Shown one piece after another: positions 25,501 through 40,180 of a stretch of DNA of 64,000 bases. The notes under the pieces were generated by a model. That model searched no databases. It was given only the letters and a program-made list of their open reading frames with translations, and was not told the origin of the DNA. Origin of the DNA: Torpedo marmorata (Eukaryota). The stretch is taken from positions 262,136,001 to 262,200,000 of the forward strand of contig OZ360220.1 in the NCBI GenBank assembly GCA_977017645.1. The letters are read 5' to 3'. A program made the translations under genes and the position numbers. Every line of letters begins with the position of its first letter. Position 1 is the first letter of the stretch.

Positions 25501-25746
25501 TTTGGGTATATACCTCAAGAATGGTTGAAAAGAGATAAATATTTAATGAATATACTGCTGGTGGCTGGTAAAAAGATTCTTACCAGGAAATGGTTATCAC
25601 AGGAGAGCCCAACTTTAAACACATGGAAGGAAATTATAATGGACATTTATAAAATGGAGAAGATAACAGCATCTGTTAATAATAAGTTGGAACAATTTGA
25701 TTCATACGAGGAAAAATGGTTTAACTACATAATACCTCAGGCCTGA
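22516..25746 (+). pseudogene. L1 ORF2p (APE endonuclease, RT, C-terminal cysteine-rich region), frameshifted
   Basis: [61 protein letters not shown]. Confidence 0.9.
25183..25262. repeat. Perfect 80-bp palindrome (no spacer)
   Basis: atggaaagtatcttctcaatatttttccattgagcatcat|atgatgctcaatggaaaaatattgagaagatactttccat; 40/40 pairs checked by hand. Confidence 0.95.
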
Positions 25747-28700
25747 CCTTATTCTTACAAATCAATGATTATGTTGTAAAAAAAAAAGATCACTCCCTAC
25801 TTGTACATGGTTTTCTCCTTTTTCTTGTTCTGTTTTTCCTCTTCTCTCTATAAGTGTATACCTCATAAATATTATGTGGAAAATTGTGGCAAATATGAAT
25901 ATATGATATATATATATGTATAATATCTGAGATACATCTTATGGAAATGTTTTGTTTAAACTTCAATAAAAAATAAATTAAAAAAAAAAGAAAAATGATA
26001 CATGGCAACAAAAGGTGCAGTGAAGGTTAACAAGGAAGAAAGGATAATCAATGCAAAATGTCTTAAAATACACCACTGTGAATTAGAATTGAGAATTTCA
26101 TTGTAGAGTGTAATCATATCGCTGGTTAATTTATCAATTAGATCCAGTAATAAATATATTTGGGATGTTTTTCTCTTGGGATAATTACCAAACTTTTAAT
26201 GAAATTTGTGATTGAATAGATTGCATCGATTACATCACAGCAGGTAACTTTTCAATGAAGATAACATCACACACCAATTTGGGTAAATTATTTGGATTTT
26301 AATGATAACATGAGTTACTGTATCTGGCAGCCACCTAAGGGAGATAAAAATAAAACGTCTTTGCTCTCAAGTATATTTGTTTTTAAATTTTAAATCATAG
26401 ACCCCGTGGGAATGACTTCAAGGCTTTCCTGTCATGTTTCATGATATCATCCATGCAATTAGAAATGACTACTTTTCAGTAATCAATGTAAGGTATCAGT
26501 TGGTTGCAAAACTAGATTGCAGGCAAATCAAAGGTCTGAAAATGTGCAAGTAGTTTGGAATTTTCTCTATTACATGCTCCCAACCAAAATAATGTTAAAT
26601 AGCAAATCTTTCTTGCATGTATTTAAGTGCAACTTTTTAAACTGAACTTCACACCAATAATTTTGTTAATTGTTATAAAGCCCTTCAGCAGTAGTGAAGT
26701 AAATGCAAAAATATGCAGCTTCAGCAGCCTCTTTCATCTTTTTAAGATTCCTCAGTCCTTTGTAGAGTGGGTTTATAGTAATTTAAATTCCCCATGGCTT
26801 TAGTTTGCTGGCTAGTTTTCTGCAAGATTGCCCATGCTTACGTGGTCATGCATGTTCTGCTACTTGCATTCCTTTTTTTCCCTTTCTGCCTTTATCATTT
26901 ATTGGGGACTGCAGTGGGGTGGTGTTGGCAATTGCACCTTAATGCCCTTGCATGTTCACATATTTGGAAATAATTTTCTATTTGTATTTTGTATATTACT
27001 TCTAAGGTGAGATAAGGCTCCCTTGATGTGTAATTTTATAGCATGCAATGACTTACATTTTTGATTTTTAAATGAGAAATTTGATTTCCTTTTCAATGCC
27101 AAGAAACCTTGTGATTAACTGAAGGTGATGGGGGTGGGAGAAAGTTGGACTATCTGGTGAGCCCATCTAACATGCAGGGTAGAAGTTTAGTTGCTGTTGG
27201 TTCATTACATTTGCACAGTGACCATGATCCCTTTATTTAATAATGACTTCTATGAGAAAAACAGATTTCTTGCAAAAGTTGGAAACCATTGAAAAGATTA
27301 TCTCCTTTATTTTGTTTAATGTTACATATTGTTTGCAGAGTCCACACTTTAGAAAATTAGAATGTATTGAATTGTTAATAGGGATCAGAAAGGTTCTGCT
27401 TCCTGACTTTGTCCATCAGCAATTCATTTTGCTGTGGCATACACTCAAACATTGAGAAAGTACAATTTCAAGATCTAACATATTATGCTTTCATTTGTGC
27501 ATTCTTCTTTTAAAACAATCTATTGATATAATAAGATGTAAATTTAGTTCAAAATTAAATATTAACAATTTTATATTTGTATTTACAGATTTTCATTTGG
27601 TAAGAATACTTTATGCTGATGTAATTGATGCTGTTGCAAACCCCCACCCCTCTGCCCAAGCCCAAAGTTTCTTTCAAGTTTAGCTCACTGAAGTGAACAC
27701 TGATTATGGATGAGTGTTCCCACTCTTTGTAGGGCTTTCTCAACCAACTGTAAAACTCGTGTCATGACAACGACTTGGGTCATTTTGGGTCTCTCTTCAA
27801 AAACTTGAAGCCTGATATTAATTAAGCCAGTGAGACATGGAAGTCTTTTTAATTTCCTGATTTCTATTTATGTCAGTTTTGGTTATAAAAGACTCCTGTA
27901 AGGTAAGCCATAGAAGTTTGTTTAAATTGATTCAAAATCATTTTGTTCAGGTTTGTAATTCTTTTATTTCTTAACACTAGTTTAACTGCCATAAATATCT
28001 TACAAGCAGATCCATGTCATGTAACTCTAGTCTAAGCTCAGTTAATATTCCAGTTGAAAGCTTTATTATTTCACATGTTAAAATCTAACATCATAGATTC
28101 CAGTGTGGCATATTGATAAAACTGTAAGTGTTTTGTCAAATTGTTCCTCCCCTTTACCCTAAGCCCTGTTGAATTTTGCTAAATTCCATAAGGAGTATTA
28201 ATTATATTAGTATGATTGCACATTTTTGATACTTTATTTAGGATTTTCATTATAACTTTTATCTAATGGCTTAAAAATTGGTCTTGCAAGACAAATATTT
28301 TTTCAGTTAATTGACCTTTCCAGACTTCTTGTCAGATGCAATATTGCATTGAAGATTTTGTATATAAGTATTACATACTTAAAATATGCTTATAGCAAAA
28401 TATGTTTATTTTGTTTATTTCTGGATGTAAGAATTTTATTGTGAATTGTTTTCATGTCAAATTGGATAATTTTATTTTATTTTAAATGTTACTACAAATG
28501 AAGGTGGGATGCTAACATACCTTTCACACGTCCTTTCACTTGCAGCTGTATTCTTTTATTTTTTCTCTGATTCTTTAAAATGTTGAATTGTATATTATAA
28601 ATTACTTTTCAATAGAAAATTTAACATACTATTGGATTTGTTAATGGTTAAAGGCCATTTTGTGTTAAAATCCTTATAGTTATACTTCCATTTTATTATT

Positions 28701-31700
28701 TTAACTTGAACTTGTTTGGGGGTTGGTGAGAGTTCTCACTTTTGTTAATGTCATTGTTATTATTTTCAGTGATTGGCATTTATTATGCAGTAAGTAATAT
28801 TTTGTTACTTTTGTGCATCCAATTCTAGATAGCCATACAATAATTTGGCTGATCAATTATCTGGGTAGGCATTTTGAACCGTAAGATGTGCCCTAAATCT
28901 CTTTAAAGTTAAGAATTCCATATTTAAATTGCTTTTAAAATAATTAAAACTGACCATGTGATGCTAATTAAATATTGATTCATTAATTTAGGTAGAGAGA
29001 ACTGTTAAAATGTTTGTGATAATTACTTTTTGTGGTATAAAATATTTCTTCAGTTTTACATTTCAGTATACTTAGTATTAATCAAATTTTTAAACAAAAT
29101 TAACTGTTGATAGTTTATTGGTTTAAAAAAAACTGTTTTAAACAGTCCAGAAATTGTTTTGAAACTAGATTCCTTAAATGTAAGCTGTCCTTTCTGTTAA
29201 ATTCTGCTCGGAGGTAGTCAGCTGTTAACTCTAATACAGTAAGTGCGGGTGAAGTACGTCACCCAAAGAACAAGCACCTTTCTAGGGGGACCAGTATTAT
29301 TCAAAGATGCATTTCTTTTTCAAAACTATTTTTATGCCAAGCCCTGTGTAGTTTTGTTGAGAGATAAAAGAATACATATTTAGCTCAGAAAATTTCACAG
29401 TAGGTTGTAATTTTTTAAATATTATTTATTTTTATATTATTTATTTTTTATATTATTTTCTAATTAAATATAGTGTAAATTTCAATCTTTGTTGTTCTGT
29501 ACAGAGTCTATCATTTGGGCACCTTGCAATTACAGTTAAAATTGCAGGTTCCTTGTGCGTATTTATCTGGTCGATGCTTCTGGTACAATTTATTTTATCT
29601 TTTTCTATCTCGTAACAACAAAGGGAAAATTAACATTTTTAGAAAGTAAAATATTATTTTACATGGCAAAGGTGTTACTATGTATGCTGTAATGAAACTG
29701 CAAAGAAAGTATTTAATCAAATAACTACTTAACTGTATATCTCATGTTAACTATTACTGAATCTTTTTAGGGTTTTTCATCTTGATTACTTTACCAATTC
29801 AGTTTTAAATTACATTATAGCACTACTACAAAAACACATATATTAGAGTATCCCAATGTTCCGAAAACCTTGTGGAGAAGAAACGCATGGTCTTCCAACT
29901 TCATTTGGGGTGTACTTGGATACTTGATGTCCAAGTACTTGTAGTCACTGCAGGCTGTTCCAAAACGCACAAGTAATACATATTAAAAAGATATCTTTCC
30001 AGAACCTATGTGTCGGCTCCCTTCCATAAATGCAGTAGGTGCTGAGAGGGAGTGGTGAGGTGGAGGGGGAGGCGAGGGAAGAGGAGGTAAGGAAGAACCT
30101 CTAAGAATAGTTTTAAGTAAAATGTTGGTTTAGGAAGCTTTTATAACTATCATCCCAGAAAGCTATATGAATAAATGTTAGCAAAATATGAAATTATAGT
30201 GCAAATATACTTTTAATATAGTTTTAAAGCTACGATTAAATAATTTAAATACATTCTTTGTATATTGGTTTAATACCTGCTGACAAATCAAATGTTAAAC
30301 ATCACTGAGCAGCAGATAACGTAATCTTTTATTGTTGTGCTTATTTTCATGGCACTGCAAATTATTTTTAATTTTAAAATGCAAATAAAAAACTTGTTTT
30401 TCTCATTTTTGGATCATGATTTCATATATACAGTAGATGTATTGAGCAGTTAGTCTATTCTCCAGTATTCACATTTGCCACTCAGTTGCATTTAATGAAC
30501 AAATGAAATTTAATTTTAACAAACAGCATAAAGATCGGAAAGATGGCAGTTTCTATAAAAAAAATTCTCACTGCCTTGCGCAGAGCTATTTGTAGCTACC
30601 ACTCAAATAAAATATTTTAAACCAAAGGAGTGTTCTTTGTTTTGCTTCATTTTAAGATTGACTTCATTAAATTGCAATTTTGTTTGGTGCTTTGATATTT
30701 TTCAGAATATTTTTTAATTTCTTTTGATTAGCAAAATGATTTCTCCTAAATTAGTTATACAAGAAATTAAACAGTGGGGTAGTAGGCAGATTAGCAATGT
30801 TTTTTTTAATACACCTTTAAGGTACAAGTATAGTGTTACTGTTTCAGATAATAAATATAAGCAATTTCACCTCTTGTGCTTTGCTACTGTTTGTAATTCA
30901 TGAACCATAAAGTGGAATAAATTTTAAATACCAATGACCTAAACAAATTAGTTCTTCCTTTCTTTCAGGTGAATTAATCATAACCATTAATATCCTATGT
31001 TGACACCATCATTCTGTGGCTTCTGATTACACTACACTTTTCAGAACTCTGATGTCTGCTCTGTAGCCCTTTCTGATTTTGGCAAATCCACACAATGATT
31101 GTGAGGAACTGATGGAAATTCAGAATTAGGTATGGAATTCTGTCAGTGGGCAGGAATGGTTGTCTGCCCGGAGTTACACAATGTTGACCATTGAAAATAA
31201 CAATTCTACTCATTTAGTAAATGATGAACAACAGTTACTGCAAAATAAACTGCTGTAATCTTGCAGGACAGCATCTCCAGTGAACTGGAGCTCACTTTTC
31301 CAACTCCAAACCCTCTTTACTCTGTCATTTATATAATGTTTATAGCTGAAGGGTGACATAACCAATTTGTGCTATATCCTCACCTTTTTGTTTGGGATTT
31401 TGAACCAAAAAAGGTGTGAAGGGCCTGGCATCAATGATGATGATGTTTTTTCTTCTCCCATGGGGCAATTCCTGGCATTATTTTAGGACTTTTCAAAGTG
31501 CCAGACAGAGATTCAAATTTCAGCAGAGGTTATGTTCCCATCATTCATGCAACACTTAATTGACCTAGTTGTTCATGTGCTTATACATGCATCTTGGGTC
31601 TACCAAATAAAGTTGCTGGAAAAAGGGTAATTTGTTTAACTTTTGTGATGGTGCCTCTATGGAAGGAGATATTGGCAGTAATAATAATACCAGACTGGGG

Positions 31701-33964
31701 GTAAAGAACATGTTATGAATAAAGAAGGAAAGAACAAATCTGCAGTTCGGAATGAACTAAAAGAATGAGCTGATACTTCAGTTGGAAAGTTTTGTGAAGA
31801 ATAAAGCTGTGTTGATTAACATTGCTTTTCCTTTTGTAATTTTTATTTTACAGCTGAAAAGATTTTTTAAGGTTATGCAACAGTTTAGATTGCACAATTT
31901 TCAGATAAGTTAATATCAGAGCAAATATTCACTGATGCTCATTAGCCCTATCATTATAATTAGCTCTGCTGCTTGTGATGTGGCAGTCTAATTGCTATTT
32001 CAGAATTCTAAATTTAAAAAAAACTCTGAATAAAGTTCATTGTTATGGAGCCATGTCATTTATAAACATGAAATCTGAAAATAAATGAGCTAACATGGAA
32101 AACTTTCGATTTATCATTCTTTAAAAGATCAAGAATGAAAATGATACACACATTTCTCGTAAAGATGTTTGGTGAAATTGCTTGCGACTGTTTGTGCAAA
32201 CGAGCAGCAGAATCATGAATTCGTATTTTGTAGCTACGTAAATAGGATGTACTATATACCTAGAGAAGACAACCAATCTTGGTAAATGTTTGAATTTTTG
32301 CTCCCATGATTGCAGTTAGTACAAAGTATCTAATTTCTAATTGCCACTTAGTACAAATAGATTTTTTAAATTCCTGAGATAAAACATTTCCACATTGGAG
32401 GATAATAAAGATCCCTGAAAAACTGTTCTCATTTTAAAATGTAGAGTTCAAATAAATTATTCAGTTTGAGCTGAGTAGATGACACATTTGCTTTTGAGCA
32501 ACCCCTCTGGAGCAAATATAAAGTTGACACTTTTGTACCAATGAAAGCAAGGGCAAAACCAGCAGGAACTAACAACTCTTACAAATGTTTTTGTATTGTG
32601 ATGTTGCACATCAGCTGCAATACTCATAGATGCCATGACATTAGTTGAAGTGAACTAGAGTCTTTAAATGTTTTATTGATCAGAATGTATTCAGTAGTTG
32701 AAATATTTCATCATAAGCGAAGTTATCTTTTTTAGCTGAGTACTGATAAATTATTTCGAAACAGTGTCAGGTCCACAGTCTTCATCACTTTCTCACGCAT
32801 GAAATTCAGCAGAACGTACTCTGACTGCCTGACCACCTGCTGTAACAGTCAGTAATAGCAATACAATATTAAGAGTGTACTTCTGAGATTATTCCCTTAA
32901 TCCACATATAACAAAATTGTGAATTGAATTGGACTTCATGTTAGTGATGTACATGATTTAGTTTTTGCATGCATTCAAATATCATGTGCTTTGTAGCATA
33001 CATCTGCTTTCACAATATTTTGGATGGTGTCATTGTTTTAAAGGGGTAAAATAGATTTCATTAATTAGCCTTCCTTAGCAGTTTGATAATCCTCGTATTT
33101 CAGTGAAAATACGTGTTTAATTGATATGACAACTGCATTTGTGATTGTTGTTCTATAATCTGAGCATTTTACTTTCTGGCATTATCAAAAATTGAGGAAA
33201 TTATAACATACTAATAACAGCTATGAAAAATAATAGCTATTTGACAATGTCTGGAAATGATTTAATTAGGTGTTTTTTTTTAACTATCCCAATGTCCTTG
33301 TGCCCCGGTTACACCATTCCCATTAACTTTTTAATAGCATTTCAAGCAGAGTTGTCATTGTGATATCATGTGTAAAGTTTAAATATCATGTGTAAACTAT
33401 CGGTTGATTGCAGGATAAATGCAACTAGTACTGAGTATCTACATTACATTTTTTTTATCAGATGGACGTTATCAGACAGAAATCTGTGAACATTATATTT
33501 TACATTTCTTAAATGAGCACAACACTAATATTCTCAGCATTCTAATACTAAGTATGAAAAATGTAGAGGGCATTAGGTCTTTGCAGAACAATTACTGAGC
33601 TTTTTAATCTTTTGGTCGGGCATAACAGAATGGCCTCTTTCGTGCCATCTAGTGTTACAAGCTGCTTCTAGATTCTAACGGCTGTTCAGATCAGCACACT
33701 TGGTGAATAATGAAGTAACCATGCCTTATTTTTGTATGCTGGATAGCTGCCCACACTATAAAAATCTGTCACATAGACTGAATGTGGTATGAATTTTCAA
33801 AATGCTGTCCGAGAAATATTCCTTCCTTTACTGTATAACTACAGAAGAGTATTTACCATGTTCAGGACTGTACGGTAATTACATTATAGTTTTTATCAAA
33901 TATTGAGACTTCATTCAAGGTGTAACTGCACAGAAATCACATTTTCATTGGCCTGCACCAGATT

Positions 33965-34586
33965 TTTTTTTGGAATATTTTATTTGTATTTTTTATAGCC
34001 AAACATATTATCAATAACAAAAATAATACATCATCAAATATAATATTTGTCTGTTGACTATTATACTAAAAAATAACAACAAAATTACAAACGAAGGAAA
34101 ACCCACCCACCCAATTCCCCCCCTAAAAGAAAAAAAAGAGAGGAATAGAATAAGAAAAGGTTGAAATAGAAAAGGAAAGAAGACGTTGGAGGCTCGTCGT
34201 CCACCCCGCAGGCTTAAATTACTTGGCATACTCGGATTTCTGAAGAGGAAATGGACATAGGTCCTGGAGGCGAGGTGGGAGCCTGGTTATAGATTTACAG
34301 CCATGTGTTGTAAATATGGAGTCCAAATCTTTAAAAATATATCATATCTATTTCTAAGATTATAGGTAATCTTCTCAAGGGGAACACAACTGTACATTTC
34401 CTCATTCCATCTTGTCATACCTAGATGGGAATCAGACTTCCATGTGACCGCTATACATTTCCTGGCCACCACCAATGCGATCTCCACAAATTTTATTTGA
34501 AATTTTGACAGCCTCATCTTAGGTCTTACGCCGGAGAATATCTCAATATGCCCAATAGAAATAATTCTGGGCGTTGTGGGAACTGA
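33965..34586 (-). mobile_element. 5'-truncated L1
   Basis: ORF2 C-terminus ARKCIAVTWKS..LEKITYNLR..KIWTPY; poly(T) at 33963; 18-bp TSD attggcctgcaccagatt at 33947-64 and 34587-604. Confidence 0.9.
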
Positions 34587-36592
34587 ATTGGCCTGCACCA
34601 GATTACACTTAAAGAACAATAATTATTTTAATCTGTGATTTTTCTTTTCACCCTTTTTATATTTCAGTCTTTGAAATTAATTCTAATTCGATAGCAGGTA
34701 GGTCAAAAATGAATAGCCATATATTTTGATTGTAATATAGTGAAGATTTTTTGCGAGACTTGAGCATTTTTATTTGGTAATACTGAAGTAGTTATACCAC
34801 TTTAATGTTGAACTACTTGGTTTCAATTTCGTACACTGATGCTCCTCCGCCCCCATCCCCCAAAACAGGTACCACGAGTACAGCATGAGTTGTTCAGTGT
34901 GCCAGATTAACATTTTGTTGGTTTGGAGCACTGAAATGGTGCTGAGTAGCCTGTGATTCCCAGCAGAAAGAGATGGAAAGTCAATGAGCAAGTCAGTATG
35001 GTGAAGTCTTGTGCAACTTCTAGTGCCTTATCTTTGAATGTTCATTGGCAGAGTACTGGTAGCAAACTGCCTTCTGGATGGTCATATTTCATTTGGGGAA
35101 AAGAAAGATTTTTATTTTCAGAAGAACTATTAAAGGCTAATTTTTAGAGCGCTGAACAAATGAAACATTTCAAAGAGGTCTTTAATAGTCAAAATGTTTT
35201 GTTACCAAGAAGTCAAGAAAAATTATTTCAAAGCAATATAAAAAGCCACTTTTTATTTCATGTTTATTCCTATTTTTCAAAATATAGAAGTGTAGAATTG
35301 GTTCATTCTTAGTATATGGAAATGGGTATTCAGGAAAAAGAACATTTTTTTTAGAATTTATTGTATCTAGTTGTACAAAGATAGAAATTTTTCATATAAT
35401 CATAGCTTACTGATCATTTTAGAAATTGTGATTTTAGTATTTATTTCAGCCAATCATTAGTATGTTTGAAAGAGATAGGAAGATTGAAGTGTATGCTGCA
35501 TTAATATTTGTATTTTTTGGAAAGGTGGTCGGTCTATGTCTATTCTGGGCTTGGGTCTGCTGCATGTGGTGCAGAAAGTATTATTGGAATTGTATATTAA
35601 TGTAAAAATTAGAAGCAAGGGAGTGCCATTATCTACAGCATAACAATGTATGAGGAATTCAAGCAAGAGACTGCTGGCCCACTTGGCTGAATTTGTTTCT
35701 GGAGAGCAATGTGATACCATTTAATATTAGAGTTTGGGCACTGGATATTGCAATACGGTCAATGATGCTTGAGGTTGTTAATTGCAAAAAGCAGATTGAT
35801 TTTTTTATGAATGTTTATAGATTTGATCAATTACATTAATTTCAAATATTTGTGCTTAAATTTTAGCATTGTGAGATTTCTGCTTTTAAATAGGAATTCG
35901 AGTTCGAGCCATTTTTATGAAATCTAAACTCATTCAATTTTCCTTTTTGGCAGAAAATTTTTCAGAAAAGTTAAAGATTACTTTATAATCATAGAATTAA
36001 AAATTAAAGCTTGTTATTTGTCATGTTTTAACTTTGAGTGACTTCTATGACAATTTTGAAAAGAAGCATTCTGTGAGCTAGGATTGATCTGCTATCTGTA
36101 AGTGAATGCCGCTGTGTCACCTTGGTAACTTCAAAATGCTTTCTTTTGATTTTCACTGAACTTGATGGGCAACTTCCTTTCTTTCAACTTGAGTTGCTTT
36201 TGAAAATGGCCATGCTGGGAACTGCCAGTCTGTCCAACTAATCCATGAATAATAATTTATCACCTCAAATATTTCTTTTATTGCCACAGAATCTTGTCTG
36301 GTTACCTGTGTGACAAAGTAATCCTTTTGACCAGATCATGTTGAAGTAGTTTCTTTTTGATAAGTCTAAGAATAAGCTTTTGTTGATGGCAAAACTATTG
36401 TGTAAGGTGTTAGCACTTCAAAATTGTGTAATGAAAATTTACTCTGATCGTTCTATTATATGTTTGTTTAAATTGATTCAAATTTAATCTTTATTAGATT
36501 TGAATTCTGAAGTGTAATTAATAGTTCAAAATATTCAAATTTACTAAAGATGACATTGAATAGTAAGTGCCATGCTTTGAACTTGTTTCCTT

Positions 36593-36657
36593 GACGTACT
36601 GAAACTACTGTTGTATCTCAAATTAATGGGAATGTGAGATAATGGGACCTCGGTTAA
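36593..36657 (+). repeat. 65-bp sequence duplicated at 41129-41193
   Basis: 62/65 identical by hand comparison. Confidence 0.9.
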
Positions 36658-39600
36658 GAAAAGGGTGAATATTGAATGAACGCTGAAGATTTAAGGCTGA
36701 AGAAAGAAGTAGATTATTTGAAATTTATTGCATTTAATTCTACCATATAACATTTAAATTTCAGTAAAGATGTGAAAGAAATGGGGGAATCTGGTGAGAA
36801 AGTCGATGTTCAATTTTATTTGCACTAATAAAATAACAGTGAATGGCAGTTGTATCACTGAAAGCAAATGTGCAACTCCATAGTAATAGTGGAATGTAGG
36901 TTTGATAATGCTGAAATGCTGGGGTTTAGCTATGTCACATTACAAGGATGCTGAATGGAAGCCAGGCAATTCCCTATGGCAGGAGAAATGAAATTGGAAG
37001 GAAAATTGTTCTATCTCCATTACTTGAGTAACATTTGCAGAAGTTTAGAGGAATTTATCTTCAGTTGGGAAAAGTGAAGATAGGATGAAGTTTTCAATCT
37101 TGAATGGAGTTAAGAAATAATTTCAGTGTATTTAAAAGTTGCATTTCAGTATTACATTATCGTTTAGGACATCGACTTGGCAGGTTGTATTTCAAAACTG
37201 GTCAAAAGGAAGATTAGAGGGGAAAGTTGATATACTTGAACTCGTCCTATGAGTTTTGATAAACATTTCTTCAAATAAATTTGTCTATTTAAAAAAAATA
37301 ACATACAATGTTTCTCATCCTGATCTATGTTTGCAAGTGTTTGTCAAAATATAATGAGGTAAACATTAGTTCATGTCTTGTAAGTTTTTTTGTGCTGCAG
37401 GTTCCCATTTGTGTTCTATATCAATCATGATTCACAGTTTGCATACGAATGCATATCTTGCAATACTGATTAGCATGGTGATGTCTCAAATGCATACCTC
37501 AATTAAGGAGAATACATAGGAATAATACTCTTTATGCAACTTTAATTGGACTCTGCCCTTCGTTTATTACATACAGTATATGGTGTAGTAAATGTAGTAA
37601 ACACATGGAAAGCTGGGTGCAACGTGAAGATAGGAAACTCCCAACTATGATACTTAGACAAATCCCTTTTCACTGGCAGGTTTGTTCAGGATTAACTTAT
37701 CAAATAGCTCCGAATCTATGTGGCTGCTGCAGTCACATTTTACTGACAGTGAGATAAAGACTATTGTATTTTGATTGCACTTGGAAACTTTTGGAATGGT
37801 TCTGCTCAACCTTTGACTGTGATTTGTGTGCGAAGGTTCAAAGACGAATTTGTCATTTAGGATGAGGGGGAGGACGGCTGTAGTTGGGAAGACCCATCCC
37901 CAAGTCTTCTGACATCTTATCGAACATCCAGACAATGAGATTTTTAACAGCAGTGGTTATCGATATTTGCTGCCATCTGCAATCAACCAGGTAACCATGC
38001 CTGGCTCACTCTGATTTTTGAAGGTGCAAGTCACAGTAAGTTGAACTTCTAAACCTGTAGATTGGTGATGCCGGATATATGCCACATTTCAGTCTGCAGC
38101 CTGCATTCATAAATGACTGGAAGCTCTCCAATCAGCTTTGTGGGAAATCATCATCTCCTTGAGTAGAGAGCAGCAGGCCTCACAGGCTTCTGAATTTTTC
38201 CAGATTGTGAGCTTCCTACTTCTAGGAGTGACAGTCTGCATGCATATGTGTTCGAGCTTCTTGTGTCTAGTGCTAAGACAAACATTAATAGAAAAGGCTA
38301 TCGCATTCTGAACATATAAATAACAACCATTGCTAAAGGATTGACATGGTCAAACCGAAACACTTTGGAAGTTTTTATGATTTATTCTGAGATGGTCTAC
38401 TGTGCCTGTGGTATTTCAGCTACTGAATCAAACTAACAGGAGCCACCGTTGTCTGCATAGCTTGTCACGCCATTCCAGACTCTAGCATGTATCATGGAAC
38501 ACCATTACAACCAGAGGCTCAAATGCAGTTTTTCCTGGACTGGCTGGGTTGCATCATGCAGTAGGCTTCAGAGAGGAACCACTACTTCATTGTCATCTAT
38601 TGTGTCCCTATTTAGCTTTAACTGGGTCATCGTTCCAGGATCTAGGGCCATCTTCATTTAAAAAAAGATTCAAGTGCAACAAGATTTTTACCCCATCAGA
38701 ACTTCCATGATTTGTTAAAATTACCGGTATTTAATAACATTATGCCACGTGATCTTGCAAGAGGAAATCTAACCATTTCTATTTGGCATTCAACTAGCCT
38801 TGCCGTGACTGTAAATTCCTAATGATCACTATTGAGCAGAACTTGACCTGAAAGAATCATCTAATAATTGTGCCAACATGAGCACATCAGATGCTGAATA
38901 TTGGGCTTCTCAGCAGTCTGTTCTTAATGCTTCAGGGTTGTGGAAAATGTACTTGTTTTTAAGGGTGCATCTGCAAAGTGATTGAAAAACCATTGGCTCA
39001 TTCAGCACAAAATAGCCTCAAGTTTACTACGTACATTGACCTTCCTGCAGCATTCACTGCGTCCATTAATGCATTGCCTACACTGTGTACAAAATGAATG
39101 GCAACTACTTAAAGCTTCCTTGCCAGCATGTGGGAAAACCGTGAGCAATACCATTAGACAGATAATGTCACCAATTACTTTAATACTTTAGCGCCATCAA
39201 ATTGGACTCCACACTGTACACCATAGCAAAACATACATAACTATTGAAGAGTAGTCATTCACAATGTTGGGGGCTATATGTGTGTCAACTATATTGGTGA
39301 CCCTTCACAACAAACATTGTGGAGGGTCAGGAAGGTAGCTTCACTGTCAGTTAGAAATGATCAATGCACGCTGATCTGCCAGTAAGTGAATAGAAATAAA
39401 AAGAAACCTGAATCCCTATTGGTTACAGCTTCGTCCCTCTGTGTCTACTGGAACACAAACAACAAATCAACAGATCAGACAACTTGATATATTCTAATCA
39501 ATAGCAAAGCTATTTAACAGAAATATGGGCCCAGATTGTCTAGCCTCAGATTACACTATTTGACATGAGAGGAAGCAATTTTTGCTGACAAGACATGGTA

Positions 39601-39869
39601 ACAATCATGTGCTGTCAAGATAGCTTCAACATTATCTTTCTGGGATAAGATATCAAGTTGGTAATATTTAGTTTGACATCCCCCGTGCATGATATTAACA
39701 CACCACCTAGTATAGTTGAGGGTGTTGTTGCGCCTCAAAGCAATATTTTATGGTCTGATACCAATATGGAAGCAGTCTGGACATCTGTGGCAGCAGTTGA
39801 CCTTAGGTGCTCTATATTTATGCATTTGTCAATTGGCAGCTTGTAATATAAGCTGATTAATCAGCCATT

Positions 39870-40180
39870 AGGTAGTGTGGGTTGGTGGTGCAGCAGCTTG
39901 CACTGCTGTTTTACAGGTCTAGTGAACTAGGTTCATCCTTGACCTCTGTTGCCTATGCAGAGATTGCATGGATTTTATCTAGGTGCTCCAGTTTCCTTCC
40001 ACTTTTCAAAGAAGTGCTAGAATGCAACTTCTGTAAATTATCTATTAGTGTGGGCAAATACCAAAAAGAATCAAAAGGGGTGTTGATGGGCGTGAAAGAA
40101 TAAGTTGCAAGAGTACAAAGAAATAAGGAGAGGGGCAGTGTGATTACTCTGCTTGGTGCTGCATGGACAATAGAATAAAT
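39870..40180 (+). mobile_element. Old degenerate V-SINE-like element
   Basis: tggtgcagcagc..ctaggttcatccttgacc..tgcatggatttt..tgctccagtttccttccac. Confidence 0.55.

Larger units (their letters stand above)
19400..25989 (+). mobile_element. L1 LINE retaining both ends (5' UTR, ORF1, ORF2 with apparent internal deletion, poly(A)), decayed
   Basis: Perfect 16-bp TSD gaaaaatgatacatgg at 19384-19399 and 25990-26005; AATAAA and poly(A) at 25965-25989. Confidence 0.93.
26010..39800. promoter_or_regulatory. TE-depleted intronic block, candidate cluster of conserved non-coding elements/enhancers
   Basis: About 14 kb with only one clear young insertion (33965-34586), versus dense TEs on either side; many TAAT/TAATTA and TGACA motifs. 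Function inferred from the ZCCHC7-PAX5 locus context. Confidence 0.45.

Noticed and set aside
30045-30095. Purine/G-rich tract as a G-quadruplex element
   Set aside because: Irregular G-runs; simple low-complexity sequence with no other support.
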